Made by a program: the position numbers and the translations under genes
NCBI GenBank assembly: GCA_036172245.1
Contig: JAYWIR010000006.1
Coordinates: 620,001 to 684,000, forward strand
Length of the DNA: 64,000 bases
Reading direction: 5' to 3'
DNA from: Raillietiella orientalis
Lineage: Eukaryota
Shown here: positions 1 to 12,300 of the stretch, piece by piece
How positions within the stretch are numbered: the first letter of the stretch is position 1
Layout: each line of letters opens with the position of its first letter
Notes under the pieces: generated by a model
The model's input: only the letters and a program-made list of their open reading frames with translations
Told to the model about the DNA's origin: nothing
The model's database searches: none

Positions 1-667
1 CAGAGCTCGCGACTCGCTTCAAAAATTCCGTTTCTTCCCGTATTGTTCGAATTTCACACTTCGCGAGTCCTGTTCTTCAAAGTCTAAGGGTTCTTTCTCT
101 CCTGCGTTGCATTTCGGGGAAAGAAGAGGAGGCCATTATTCGAACGCAGCGATGCAATGCTTCTGCTCTCATTGGGCGGCGACGACGCTCCACAAAAAAA
201 CGATGCCGCCAGTGACATCTAACGGAAAACCAGACGAAGCTGCTCGGCTTCGACAGCCGACCAGTCGGCGCGAAGGCGAAAATAGGGACGCAGCGCTCCT
301 GCCGCGAGAATCGGCCCAATTCCGAGAAGCACGGGGTGCATCAAGCATGCAGTTAGTTACAACTGAAAGGCGTTCGCGAGATGCGTGGTCTTGGACTGGT
401 TGCTAGGTTACCCTCGTCGCTCTCGCACGAGCAGCTCTTGATTTCCCCCTGCGCGACCGATGCCCCTTTTTCTCCCGATGTCACGATGCTTTCGCTTCCC
501 CTTTTCTTCCCTGCCCCCTCATCATCCTCTCCGCTGCCCTTGCCAACCTCATCTGTGCAGAGTCTCAGGTCTAGTCCACCCGACCCGGACGACAGAAACG
601 GCGGGAAGACAGAAACGAAAAGAGGGGGTGGAGGAGAGGGGGGCGGACACGAAAGCGGGAAGTATGC

Positions 668-810
668 CTGCGCCGACCATCTGGAGGATCGAGATCCCAA
701 GTCCGAACCCTTGATGCTTCACCATGGCAACCTCCTTCCTCATCCCTTGAATGCATTTCTCTACCAATGGCCGCTCTGGAGCCACTGCCTCCAGAAGGCG
801 TCTTGCGCCT
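668..810 (-). CDS. Possible exon encoding the start of a PDZ domain
   Basis: RPLVEKCIQGMRKEVAMVKHQGFGLGISILQMVGA contains a K-xxx-GLGISI carboxylate-binding-loop-like motif. No convincing remainder of the domain was found. Confidence 0.25.
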
Positions 811-3130
811 GGGATGAGGCGGGTGGTCCATGCACAAGCGCGCATCTCTCTCCTCTTCCTCCTCCCCTTTCGGGTACCCGCCAGCGAGGGACCGGGAGAC
901 GCACAGCTCCCCCCTCCCCAGTTCACCTCCTCGGGAGCAGCGCAAGCAAACGCGAGCTGCCAGCCTCTTCCCCGTCTCCCGATGCCACAGCTGCCAGATC
1001 CGGGAGAAGGGCGCGCCGGATGGTCCGAGCGCGGTTGCCAGCCAGCCCGGACCGTTTCCTTTTGCATCTTCCCCATGTTCCGAGTGGCGTGGGTGGAAGG
1101 GTGGACCCCCTCTGCCGGTTCTTCCCTTCCGCCAGAGGGGGACACGCCACTTAGCGAGAGAGCATGCATCCGGAGGCGAGCCGGACTCACGACTGGCCCC
1201 CCTTCCTCTTCTCCCTTCTCCCGGAAGCGTCCGACGGGAACTTCCTTTCCCCTCCCCTCCCTCCTTTTTCGCCCACCGATTTCCGCGCCACCGCCTTTCC
1301 GCTCCCCGTCTGCAGAGGGAAGGAGGAGGGGAGAGGGAGTCCCTGAAGCCGTCCCGCTCCTGTGCTCCCCTACGCTGGAAGTGATCCTCGCTTCCCAGCT
1401 TTCGCTCCAGCGCCTTCACGGGAGGGGGCACGCTGAAGGAAGAATAGGCAGGTTGGCCACCAGGGGGTGCACCTTCTTGCCTGGAGTCCGGTGGTCTCTC
1501 AGCGGATGCCGGCGTTCTCCTCAGGACTCCCTGGAGCACCCCTTTTCGGCATGAACCCTGTCGAGTCACCAGAGGTCAGGGTGCACCCGAGGGGGCGTCG
1601 TCATTCTTCCTCCTTGAAAACCTCACTGAAACCCCCTGCGGCCTCTCCCCCATCCGAGGCCCACAGGGGCACATGGATCCCGTAGAAGAAGGAGTGAGCA
1701 GGAGGACGAGGGTCAAGGCGAGAGTCCGCTCTCCCCTGTGCCTCGCAGTCCGTTCCGTTCGCCTTCTCTGCAGACACCCCGCTGCTCCCGGCAGCCAGCA
1801 CCCATTCTTCGGTGTCTTCACGAAGCTGCGCCCCCGAGAGTGCCTCCTGGAAGCGGGCACGGAGACCGGAGGCGACTCCCGTTTCTGGTTTTCTCAGCAC
1901 GGTCCACGCCGCCTGCTCTCCCTTCCTTTCCCCACGCCGATGCGACGCCGCGGGTTTCCATGCCAACCCGCCGTGCACCTTTTCCCTGCCTCCTCTCTTC
2001 CGAATGAGACGGCTCCACCGCCGCCACCGTCGGCGGTCAGGACGGGGCCGGCAGTGGAGGCGGAAGATCCTGGGAAGAAGCCTGCTCTCTCGGAGCAGTC
2101 TCCAGGGCGCACCGGGACAGCCGAGGCGCACTCGGGGGCGCAGAGGGAGCGCCGGAGGCAAGGCGCACTGAGTCCCTCTCCCCGAGGGAGACCACGGGGA
2201 TCATGTGACCCCTTCGAGGACACAGAGCTCTCCCGTCTCGTCGGACCCCGGGTTCTTCCCCCAGACGTCTGATCGGCGATCCCGTTTGGGAGCGGCGTGA
2301 GCTCTCCTTCACTTCCCGTGACGTCATCCGACACCGGACCCGTGCGGTCGGTTCGCTGCCCTTTTCCCGTTTCTTTGCCTTCGAGGGTCCTTTCCTCCCT
2401 CCGCATGGCGGGGCTCCGGCAGTGGCTCCTCTGGTGGCCGAGGCAGCAACCTCCCTCCCTTCTCGTGGGAGCCCTCGCCGGTATACGCGGGCTCAACAGC
2501 CCGTTCCCGGACTACCCACGAGGATTCCTGGAGAAGGTGTTCTTTTCTGGAAAGATGGCGCCCGCAGATTCCTCCGCAGAATGTGAGGGAGGACCCCAAC
2601 GAGGCTGGTTACAGGCGAGGAGACGGGCAGTGCCGAGGAAGTTCCCGAGTCGTACGTCGTATGTGGAGACACGAGGTCAACTTCTCCGAAGACTGCTCTG
2701 AAAGACGGGGAAGCAGTTGATCATCAGGCCTCCTCTCTCCTGGATAGCCTTTGAGAGGCCAAGAGCGCGGTCTTCCGTCGAAGACGGAGCGACCCTGCCG
2801 AGAGCTCAGAGGTTAGGGTGCGTAGGAGGGTTTCACCGTCGACTCCTCGTCTCCCTCCTCCCTCTCAGACGGGCTGCTGCGCCTGGACCGCGGATGCGCC
2901 GGCGATATCCAAGGTCCGTTCCTCCACTCCCCCCCCCCCTTCTCCAAGGAGACGACTTCACCCCGTGGGAAGCTGCAGACTCGCCCTCGCCGCTCGGAGG
3001 ACGTCCGCTCCCTCGGGGCTTCGGGCGACCAGGCCAAGAGAGCGCGAACCTTCCCGCGACCTCCCAGTGACCCGGAACAGCACGCACGTTAGTTAGTGGA
3101 ATCTGTATTTCCGTTGGGATCCCGGAACGC

Positions 3131-6100
3131 TCACTTCTCCTCCGGGTAGGGACCCGCCAAGAGGTTCTTGAGGAACGCTGGAAGAGGGATGCCGCGTCAG
3201 CATGCCCACGTGAGGGGCAGCAGCACTCACCGCTGTACTGGACGAAGCCGTCCTCATTCTCCGGGGGGCAGGTGTCCTTCAGCAGCTGCTGCACCTCCGG
3301 CTTCTCCATCTTTTCTCCTACGGGGCAGCAGAGAGGGGGGGACCTTTGTTACAGATGTAAGACAAGGAGGCCCTGGGGGTGAAGGTCAGCCCCTCTTTCT
3401 TTGCCCTCCCCTCCCTTCCTGTTTTTTTTTTCCACTCGGGAACTTGCTGAAGCGGCCGCTTCCCTGCGCTGCGCTGGCAGGCGACTGCTTGGGCCAGGGA
3501 AGGGCCGGCCGCGCAGCAGACCATCCGTTCGGGAGGGCTGTCATAGTTGGTCAAGCGGCGACCAACTCGTCCCGAAAGCAGCCCCCCCCCCGCACAGCCA
3601 GGAAACCGCGAGGTGGGAGGACAAACAAACAGGCAAACAAAAGCAAAAACAACCGCTCGAGCCCTCTTCTCGGTTGCCGGGACGGGAACCTCGAGACCAG
3701 ACCCTCCTAACCTGCGGCGACCTGACTGGGTGACCCGGGGAGCGAATTTTCACGCCGAGAGTTAGTCGAGCTAGGTGGACGAACCCCTTCACTGCCCGGA
3801 AGCGTGCTCCGTAAAGCTGGAGGAGGAGTTCCAAGCATCTCCAGCGGGCCCGGGTCTTTCGTGCGCGTAGGGACCTTGGTCTACCGCACAGCGCGATTCG
3901 AAGAAACCAGCAGGCGACTGACCCCGGCCCAACTTGCGACTGGAACCCCCCGACCTCGACGTCCGACCAAGGAGGCCCCTAGTGCTGTCAGCCCTTCGCG
4001 AGTACTAGGGGCCTCCTTCGAGAGTATGGGTGGCCCCTTCCACCCTTTCCGCCGCCGCCACCTTACCCATTTCCGAAAGCGTCGCTGTTTTGGGAATCAG
4101 CCAAGGAGAAAAAACTCACGTCCGCCGCTGCTGCCATCTGTTGCATTTACGCTTTACTGCGCTACCAGGCACGCGCCGTGCCAACATCTCCCTAACAGCC
4201 ACGCTCCGTCTCGGAACGCCTGAGTAACTCGAAGAATTTCTCGCGGATTGCTGATGAGGGTTTCGGAACGGAGATCCGAACCCCAAAGGGTGACCCAGCC
4301 ACCTCCTCCGAGGACCCGGAACAGACGCGAAACCAGACAAACAAACAAAAAGAAATGGTCTGCAGCTGCCATGGACTCGAGCGATACTTGCCAACGGCGA
4401 GAAGGATGTGCTCCAACTCCGCTTTCAGTATGGTGCCGTCTTCGGCTTTGTCGTACAGGCGCATGACTTCCGTGAAGTCCTCGATGTTGCCCACGTCCTT
4501 CTCCTTCTTGATCTGGGCGAAGATGGGCAGGAACTCCTCCACGGTTAGCAGCTTCTCCTCTGTTTCCGGAAAAGAATAAGCAGCCGTGTCATCAGAGGTA
4601 TCAGTGCTGATCGCGTCCCCTCGCACTGGCGGGAAGCGGCTGGGGAGAGGGACGACCACCAGTGCCGGATTCCGCCTCCGGAGAGGAAAAATCCCATCTA
4701 AAGAGCGGTGTCCGCCCGCCCGTCGGGGCCTCGCAAGAGCGCGCGCTAAGCGTCTCTCAAAGGCTAAGCTCCCTTCCCCCGGTCCAGACGTTTGAGTAGA
4801 GCAACAGGGAGCGCGTTCGGGAGATGACCGGCTTGGCAATCCCATCTGGTCTCTCCTCTCGGCTGCTTTTTTTTTTCCCCCTCCGGGATTTCTGACACCG
4901 CTCCCGAACGAGCCGAGGCGCTCGAGAAAGGAATTCCAAGATCTGCCGAGGCAAGCGGCAGATCCCGGAGGCTTCCTGGGCTACGCGTTCCGGCCTGGGG
5001 AATCAGCTAGAACCTCCAGGCCGATCACTTCTTTCTGGACCATTTTCTTTCTCGGGAACGAGAAGGCGCCTCTTTCCCCCCATCCCCACCCCCTCGCTTC
5101 GCGACGTCGCGAGTGCACCACGGAAAGGAGAATCCTGGCCGGGGACATAGGCAAGAAAGCATGGCTTACTCCTCCTCTTGGTCAGCCCCACTTTTTCCAG
5201 CAAGGCTTGGGTGGGGTGCGTGTTCAGGGCCCTCAGCGCGTCTCCAAGGTAATAGGAATCCATCTTGTCGACCCCATCGAAGTCATAGATGGAGAATACG
5301 AATCTCGCCTCTGCAATCAGAAAGAGACTGTCGTCAGCCACCACCGCCTGGGTCGTGTGTCCGGGAGCAGCAAGGGACTGGGGAACGTGACGGCAGCAGA
5401 AAGAGCCACGGGTCACTTCCTCCCCTTGCCCGAGGCGGAACCTTCCTAGGGCGGGGCTATTTAAAAACTTCTCTTTCGTCTTGGCAGCCTTGCAGCCCTC
5501 CGCCCACGCTTGCACGTGTTCATGGAGGGGTGCATTCAGCGTTAGGGAAGGGAATCCAGATGGGGGTGGGGTGGGGGGTGAGTAGAAGGTACGTACTTTC
5601 CGCGTCTCTGGAACTCAGCTCCAAGGCCTGCAACACAGAAACGAACGCCATCTTAGATTTTTCGCCTTTTTTCAATCTGGCGCTCCTCTTTCGCCCGAAG
5701 GGGTCGCGGCTGGAGGACAGCGAGCCACGCGCTGCATTTCCCCGGTGGATGCGGATAGCACGGCACACCAACGCCCTCGCGCCAGGCGGGTCGGCGGCTT
5801 CGCCTGCCTCGGGCCGATCGACGGTACCTCTCCGGCGGCGGAACCATCGGCGCGGTGACCCCCTCCTGCCCCAGCCGGAAGAGGCCGAGTGCGAAATCCC
5901 TGCCCTTCGGACGTCCAGGATTCTCTGCGACGAGGGCCGGAAGACCCAGCAACGACGACGCAGAGACTCCGGAACTTGGGGACGGGAGCTCGAGGTGGGA
6001 GGGGGGTTCGCGAGAGGGAGGCGGGAGGAGGGACGAAGAAGGAAAGATACCTTCCTCCTCTTCCCAGATCATCAGATCCAGGCGATCCCGCATGCACGCG

Positions 6101-6148
6101 CACCATCCTCACTACCGGGCATTCCACGCTCTTTCACGGACTCACCAT
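3131..6148 (-). CDS. Mlc1: Myosin essential (alkali) light chain, muscle type; spliced CDS, exons 6148-6146 (ATG), 5627-5597, 5310-5170, 4559-4392, 3317-3231, 3177-3131
   Basis: Exons splice in frame to [158 protein letters not shown], a typical arthropod alkali MLC. All acceptors are YAG; donors are GT except GC at 4391-4390. The ATG-only first exon (AAGATG|GTGAGT) is the least certain part. Confidence 0.95.
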
Positions 6149-7659
6149 CTTCCGCTTTCCGCAGTGGCAGGCTGATGTGTGCAAGCACCCCGACTCGAGA
6201 CCCAGTACTGCCACTCATGTTTCCAGCTACCTCGCATCCCGGAGCGATCATGCCCTTAATAGGGAATCCTTGTCACGTGATCTTCAGGTCTCTTGGCAAG
6301 ACTTTTCCCCTCCCTGCACGCGCGTTTCAGAGTGGGGCATCCTGGAAGTCCCTCGGTGCGAAGGCGGGAGGGCTGCTCGGGCAGCGGCGCGCACTCACGC
6401 ACCGGCCAGTGGTCTAGCTGCCTGGTCGGGAGGGTGGCTAACGGGAGGGCCGGAGGGGTGAGTGGAGGGAGCGAGGCTTCAGCACGGCCGTTTTCCCTTG
6501 CAGCCTTTCCGTGTGATGACGTAGGCGGCGGATGCGATCGTACTTGGCTCCCTGCCTCGGGGATGTGCCACAGGCCGAGATCCGCGCCGGCGCTTCGTGA
6601 GGCGTTCCTCTCCCCCCCCCCTCCTCTCCCTTCACCTGGTCGGAGAGTGATTTCCTCCTGGAAGCGAAAAACCCAGCCCTGGAAGACGGGGAAGTAGCAC
6701 AGTGCAATGCCCAGCGCGCCAAATAGCCGGCGCGCTGGGCATTGCACGAACATCTTCCGTCAAACAGCCTCGAGCTGTCGGAGGTGCTCCCCATTCCCTT
6801 TTTCCGTCCCCGGGAAGAAGGACTTTTTTTCTCGTTCGTTCAAAGGCAAGCTGCAAGAGCAAGAGGGTCAGGAAAAGGAGGGCCACGGCGGGAAAAAAAA
6901 AAAGGGAGACGGCGAGACGGTATCCAAGCAGCCACCTTTGCGATTCGCGCAAACTTTCGTGGCCGGTGCGTCCTGGACGCGAGAGCGACACCGACTTGAG
7001 AGCGTGAACGCGGATCCCGAAATACGAATCCCGTTCTCCGGACCACTTCGACGTTCGGCCTCCGCATCCTCCCCCTCCTCCGCATGCGGAAAGGCGGGAT
7101 GCCGCGTGCCAGGGATGTGCGGCGATGGAAATAGCTACGCCCGCCTCGTGAGGAGGCAGGAGATGCTGTCGCTCTCGGTCCGCGGGAGAGAGGGATTCGG
7201 GAGTGCTGCCATGCGCGGGACGGGGAAGATTTTTTTCGAATTGAGACAATAGACTATCGTCTACACGATTGAGGAATTTCAAGACAACCAGTCCTCCGTT
7301 GAGGAGGAGCGCAGCTTGGGATGCCGCCGTGCCGTGCCTCGGGAGAAGTGACGTCACGCACGTCAGACGAAACGGCGCTCCTGCAGCGGCTGACGGCACT
7401 CTGGCCGGGACCACCACCTCCGTGTCGGATACGCGGCAGCAGGAATCGAGCGCCATCTGCTTCGTAGGTCGACGCCGCTCGAGGCAAACGCATTCGCCCA
7501 TCCCTCCTAGGCTACAGTTGACTCCCGGTACTTGTCAGGAGCGTGCAGGCTCTACGAATCACAGGATCACGGGACGAACGACGGCGGCGCTTCCCTTCGT
7601 ATGGAACAGGGTGGCCAGAAGAGGCGATAGAGATGCATGGGAAGGATTCAGGAGGTGAG

Positions 7660-9352
7660 GATGTGGGCACCCTTGGTACGACCCGCGTTGGCGGCGGCCG
7701 TGTGCCTCCGCACGTGCAGTACCGAGAGCTGCGGGTTCGAATCCCGCCCGGAGCTCGAAACCCCCTCACCCCGCAGAACAACGGTGGTTGACCCTTAGGC
7801 TTCCAGTGCGGCGGCACCGGTGGAAGCCGGAAGCCCCCGTTGGCCCATTGGGATCGGAAGTCGACCCTCCGGGGTCCTGTTCCCCCTTCTAGGAAGCGCC
7901 TTCCAGAGAAAACTGGTAAGCGTCTCTTCGGGATTCTCTTCAGGGGAGGAGAAAAGAGGGAGTGGTTCCCTTTGCGGATGTCTCCCGGAGAATGGTCTCC
8001 TTTAGGAGATCCCCCTAGAGAGACCCCTCCGAAAGAATCCCTTTGAGGTTTCCTTCGGAGACAACCTGGAGGAGATTCCTTTCGGAACCCCTGGTTTCTC
8101 TCCCGAGAGTAGGAGGAAGGGACTCCTTCCTCCGGAACCCTTCCTGAAATTCGTAGGGCGGTCTCCTGGGTTCATCCCCCAACATGCTCACTGCGGATGG
8201 TCCTTGCGGATCCCAGAGTGAGTACGTGGGCAGAGACGATCCCCCTCGCTGCAACGATGTCCTTCCTGAGGAGGACACCTGGCAGCAGCCAATCGCCGCG
8301 GTGTGAAGTCTCCCGCAAGATTCGCAGGCAGGCAGAAGCTGATGAGTGGCTGGACCATGCATCAACTGGCAGAACGCCGCGACCCCGATTGCTGTTCCAC
8401 GAGAACTGCAGCTCTGGGGCGAGCTTCTCGGAATCCGAGCGAAGACCTGGAGTGGCTCCCGGTGCTCAAGAACAGCAGCAGAAGTGCCGGCAGGAGTCGA
8501 CACTTCCCATGTTACACTGGGCTCTCCCCTGCAACGCACGTCAACATCGCTGGTCCCGGAGGGAGGGGGCGAGCCCGGACTGTACCAGGTGAGGGGAACG
8601 CGCATCCCTCCCGCACCTGCCAGTGGTCTGTGCTGCCCTCCGGCGCCTATGGGAAAGGGTTTCGGAACGACCTTCCGAATACCCGTTGACACCCCTTTTA
8701 CCGCTTCTCTTTGTGTGGGATACGCTGCAGCCAGCCGCAATCTCAGTAGCACTTTGCTGCATTTGCGGGACTGCGGCGACCTGGAGCGAAACCAACAGAA
8801 GAAATGGGAGGAATACCGTCCAGCCCGCAGTTCTCTTTCCGCAGATGGCGGCCAGATGGTCCCACACGGGGCCTATTCGAACGGGCCTAGCCGGCATCCT
8901 GGAAAGGATGCGGACTCCCTCCAGTGGACAGTGGTCCCCTCCCGACCCTCCCTAAGATTTTTTATTTGTTTTTATTTGCTCTTTCTTTTGGTTTTCTCCT
9001 GTCTCCCTCCGCGGCCGACCCGGACAAACGGAGTGTGTGCTAAGACCACGAGTGTGAGTTTCTTCCAAAGTTCAAAAAACTCCCCGCCGTGTCCGGGTGG
9101 AATCGGAGGCCACCCAGGGTGGAGGGTTCCCCACTAAGGGTAAGGGGAACGGACTCTTCCTCCGGAACCTTCTTGGATTCATAGGGTGGTTCCTCCAGGG
9201 TTTACCTATGACCTGAAGAGTCACAGATGTGGCGTGGGCAGTGTTAAAGAGCTTTGAGGACCTCCCTACGGAAGGGGAACGAAGAAAAGTCAACAGGAAT
9301 TTCGCCTGCTCTTGAATGGTTCTTCAGAACTTGGAGAACCAAAAAAAAAAAA
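7660..9352 (+). mobile_element. tRNA-headed SINE-like element, copy 1 (head and body ~7660-8180; 3' part and A-tail ~9110-9352), interrupted by a LINE fragment
   Basis: Perfect tRNA T-arm/B-box GCGGG-TTCGAAT-CCCGC at 7731-7747. The body matches the copies at 20.3-21.9 kb (minus) and 41.0-41.7 kb (e.g. cccccgttg..gggatcggaagt..ccggggtcc; ccggaaccttcttggattcatagggtgg). Ends in an A-run at ~9341-9352. The 5' boundary is approximate. Confidence 0.75.
8190..9100 (+). mobile_element. 3' fragment of a Tx1/L1-clade LINE (zf-RVT-like C-terminus plus 3'UTR), degenerate, copy A
   Basis: Peptide LHWALPCNARQHRWSRREGASPDCTR*GERASLPHLPVVCAALRRLW resembles the zf-RVT motif (LH..LP...C..C...E...HL...C......W). 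ORF ends at 8955, followed by a T-rich 3'UTR. Homologous to 20810-21722. Confidence 0.7.
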
Positions 9353-12300
9353 CAAAAAACAAATAGAAAACCCGAAAACAGAAGAACCCAAAAGGATTTT
9401 CATCTTCCAAATGCAGAGGAAGGATTCAACAAGTGCGGATGTGAGGGAAACTTTCCTTCAGAAATTCCCGTGTCTTTTCCGTGAGGTTCGTGGTCCTTCC
9501 GAGAGAACCCTGGTGCGAGAATTTCCAGTTGCCTCTGCGATGGGGTTTGCAAGTCTGCTGGGGCTGTTCGTTCGGGACGTGGCCTTTGATAGAAGAAAAA
9601 AAGAAAAAGGAGGACTTTCCGGGTAACCGAGCGCACACTCGTCGGTGGCAACAGCTGCCTCGGCAAGAATCCGACCAGAACATCGGGACCATTACGGTGC
9701 CACGTTCACGAGTTTCCGAGATCCCTCAATGTCCTCCCGAAGTTTTCGCAACCAGCAGTTCCAAAAGGGCTCCTCGCCGTTTCCAGCATCCTGATCAGGC
9801 AGGAAAGGAAGCGAAGATCTGTCTGCGTAGCCGCAAAGAAGCAACCTCAAGCGAGGCTACAGAGGCGACTGAACCTTGGATTCTTTTGAAAGAGAAATCG
9901 CCATCCTTGAAGGACACCCACGGAGAGATCTGTTTCCCCCCCCCCCCCCGTATCCGTGTGCACTCACACACACCACGGTCGCTATCGTAACCTTGACGTT
10001 TTCCTCTGTCGATCAGCTCCTTCCAGTGAGTCCGATCACACGGGAAGGAACGGCTAAAGGACATCATCAGTGACCAATATTGCGCCCGCGGGTGTACACG
10101 GTCTGTTGTTTTCCATGCGAATTTTAAGCTGACTCTTTGCCTGCGGAAATCCAGCTTTCCACCACCTTCTCGGAAAAGAGCAAAAAGTCTTTGCAGCCCG
10201 GGAAAGCAGGCGACGAGAAAAGGAAATTTCCCATAAAGTCAGCTGAGAATTTCGCGGCTGCTGGAGCTGAATTTCTAAATACAGAATATCTGTTAAACGG
10301 TGCAAAATTCCCTTTTCTTTGCTCTCCTTCCTCTCCTGAAAGAGTCGATTTTTGAACAGGAAAGGGAACAGAAAGCGGCTAAGAGCACGCACGGCCTCTC
10401 GTCTGGAAACGCTGTCTCTCGATGCCACGAAGTCGGATCCCCGAAATTGTTCCATCGGAACCCAAGGCACGGGTCGCATCATTTTTGAGTTTTGCCTTGG
10501 ATGCTGAAGATTTCAAAATGCCATCCGGGCAAACACGTGCTTGCCGGATCGCATATGTATCTTCCCACTTTTTCCCTGGCAGGGCTCGCGTTTTAAGCTT
10601 GCTCTTGGAGTCCAAAAATTTTTCGAATCATCTTTACCGATTCTTGGCAGGAGAATCAGAAGCTCATCTTGAGTGTATTGAAATTCAGACGAGAGTTCAT
10701 GATGGGTGTATTGAGGTCGGAAAGCCTGAACACCTGGACCCGAGTAGCCGAACGCTCCATTCAAAGTATCAATACCAATAATGGCGATCAATGAGAACGG
10801 CCAAATCAGTGCCATCTGCACGACTTTTGTCGAACTTATTTCGGAACAAAGAGGCGGACAGGCGGTTTACGCACACGCGAAATGGAAAGCAACCCATTTT
10901 GCCCAATGTTTACACGCATCGGATCAGTTCCGGTATTCGTCCAAGCAGCAGATCAAAATCAGTCAAATCCTAATGCAGCTGAAGTTCACCTATTGTCTTT
11001 GGCTCTGGATTTCCTGTGGCTTTTCTTTTTTTTTGGGGGGTCATGAAGCACGTGGAAGATCCAAAAAACGGAAGTTACTTCATTCGTTCAACTTCGCATC
11101 ATTTTAATTGGATGTCAATTATCCAATTATCTGAGCACTCCTCATTCTTTAATTCAGTGGGAATCCAGACTCAGCACTCGAGAGCTGAGTTTCTAAGACA
11201 CGATGGAGGGAGATCCGAAATATGCCAGTTCCTTCAGCTGCTCCCTTCAGAAGAACGGCATCCTTCCTCTGGACCGGAAGCTTGCAGAGTCTGCTTAGGC
11301 ACCAAGAATGCATTGCGTAAGCAGTTTTTCTGTGTTTTCCGCTCTAGGTGGAAACAGCTCCTCTGACCGTCTTTTCTCCATGGAAACCGCTTCCGAAAAT
11401 GGAATCGAGGCGACAGAAGGTGAGCGGATTCTGCTTCCGAATTTCTCGCAGCCATCTGAATAACCTCGAACGGTGATCTCTCCTTTTCCACGAGAGTCCA
11501 GCATCGCCAATGACCCCACGTAAAAAACCAGTGAATGTTATTATGAGTTCCCGGTTGGGATTCGACCCCGGAAGAATCGCTGAACAGCTGACCGGACGAA
11601 AACACGAAAACAGAGCAAATTTTAGGAAATCCGAATGCTGGAGGGCTGTGGCGAAGAAAACGAAACACAACAACGGGTGAACGTCTTGCAGAATTCGGGA
11701 GAACAGGGATGCGAATTGGGAGCGCTCCTCCGTCCATCCTGCAGTCCAACGGGAAGACGGAACAGCTACTGGTGCGTTCTTTTCGAATTAGAATGTTGTT
11801 GTTTTATTCCAGAGTGTCATCGCACCACGGAAACCTCAGGCTGGATTCTATTTGAAGATGCTGACAGCTTCCATCTCTTCTCTGCTCCTTAAGGAACTTG
11901 CGAATTTCAGTCAGGAGGCAAGGAATATGGAATTTTCCCGCAGGAATTCAGGAACTCCCATTAACTAACCAGGATGGTGGCTGTGACTCCTCAGCCACTC
12001 GCTGCTTTCCCTCCTCATACTTCTTCTGTCAAGTTTCCTGCTCGCAAAGGTTTTCTTCCAGGGTTCAGCAGCAGTAGTAGGTTCTCGAGGAAGCGGAGAG
12101 ATGAAAGAAAGAAAAGAAAGTGCTGTATGCATGCGATAAAATGTCCATGGACACGCCCACAGCACGGACACGCCCACAGACCCAGCGCCCAAGGCTCACT
12201 CGGCTCAAGACTACAACGGAGAAATCACGGGACTTGATTGAGACCATCTTGGATGCTTATTCCGCTGTCTGGCAGCTGAGCCACTCCAGCGGAAGAACTA

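Noticed and set aside
4248..4292. Hammerhead-like CTGATGAG followed by a hairpin
   Set aside because: The required CGAAA after stem II is absent (ccaaag), and no stem I/III with a cleavage triplet was found. Other CTGATGA hits (8339, 15139, 39780, 57368) also lack the core.
5113..6417. 434-aa plus-strand ORF and similar long Arg/Pro/Gly-rich ORFs in 0.4-9 kb and 19-24 kb
   Set aside because: Low-complexity shadow ORFs from GC-rich DNA, antisense to real exons or overlapping repeats; no recognisable domains.
7700..7752. tRNA gene suggested by a perfect T-arm GCGGGTTCGAATCCCGC
   Set aside because: No D-arm, anticodon arm or acceptor stem can be built; it is the head of a three-copy dispersed repeat, so it is treated as a SINE head.
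11545..11600. Minus-strand GGGTCGAATCCC, a possible further SINE or tRNA head
   Set aside because: No matching body to the SINE family and no cloverleaf; insufficient support.
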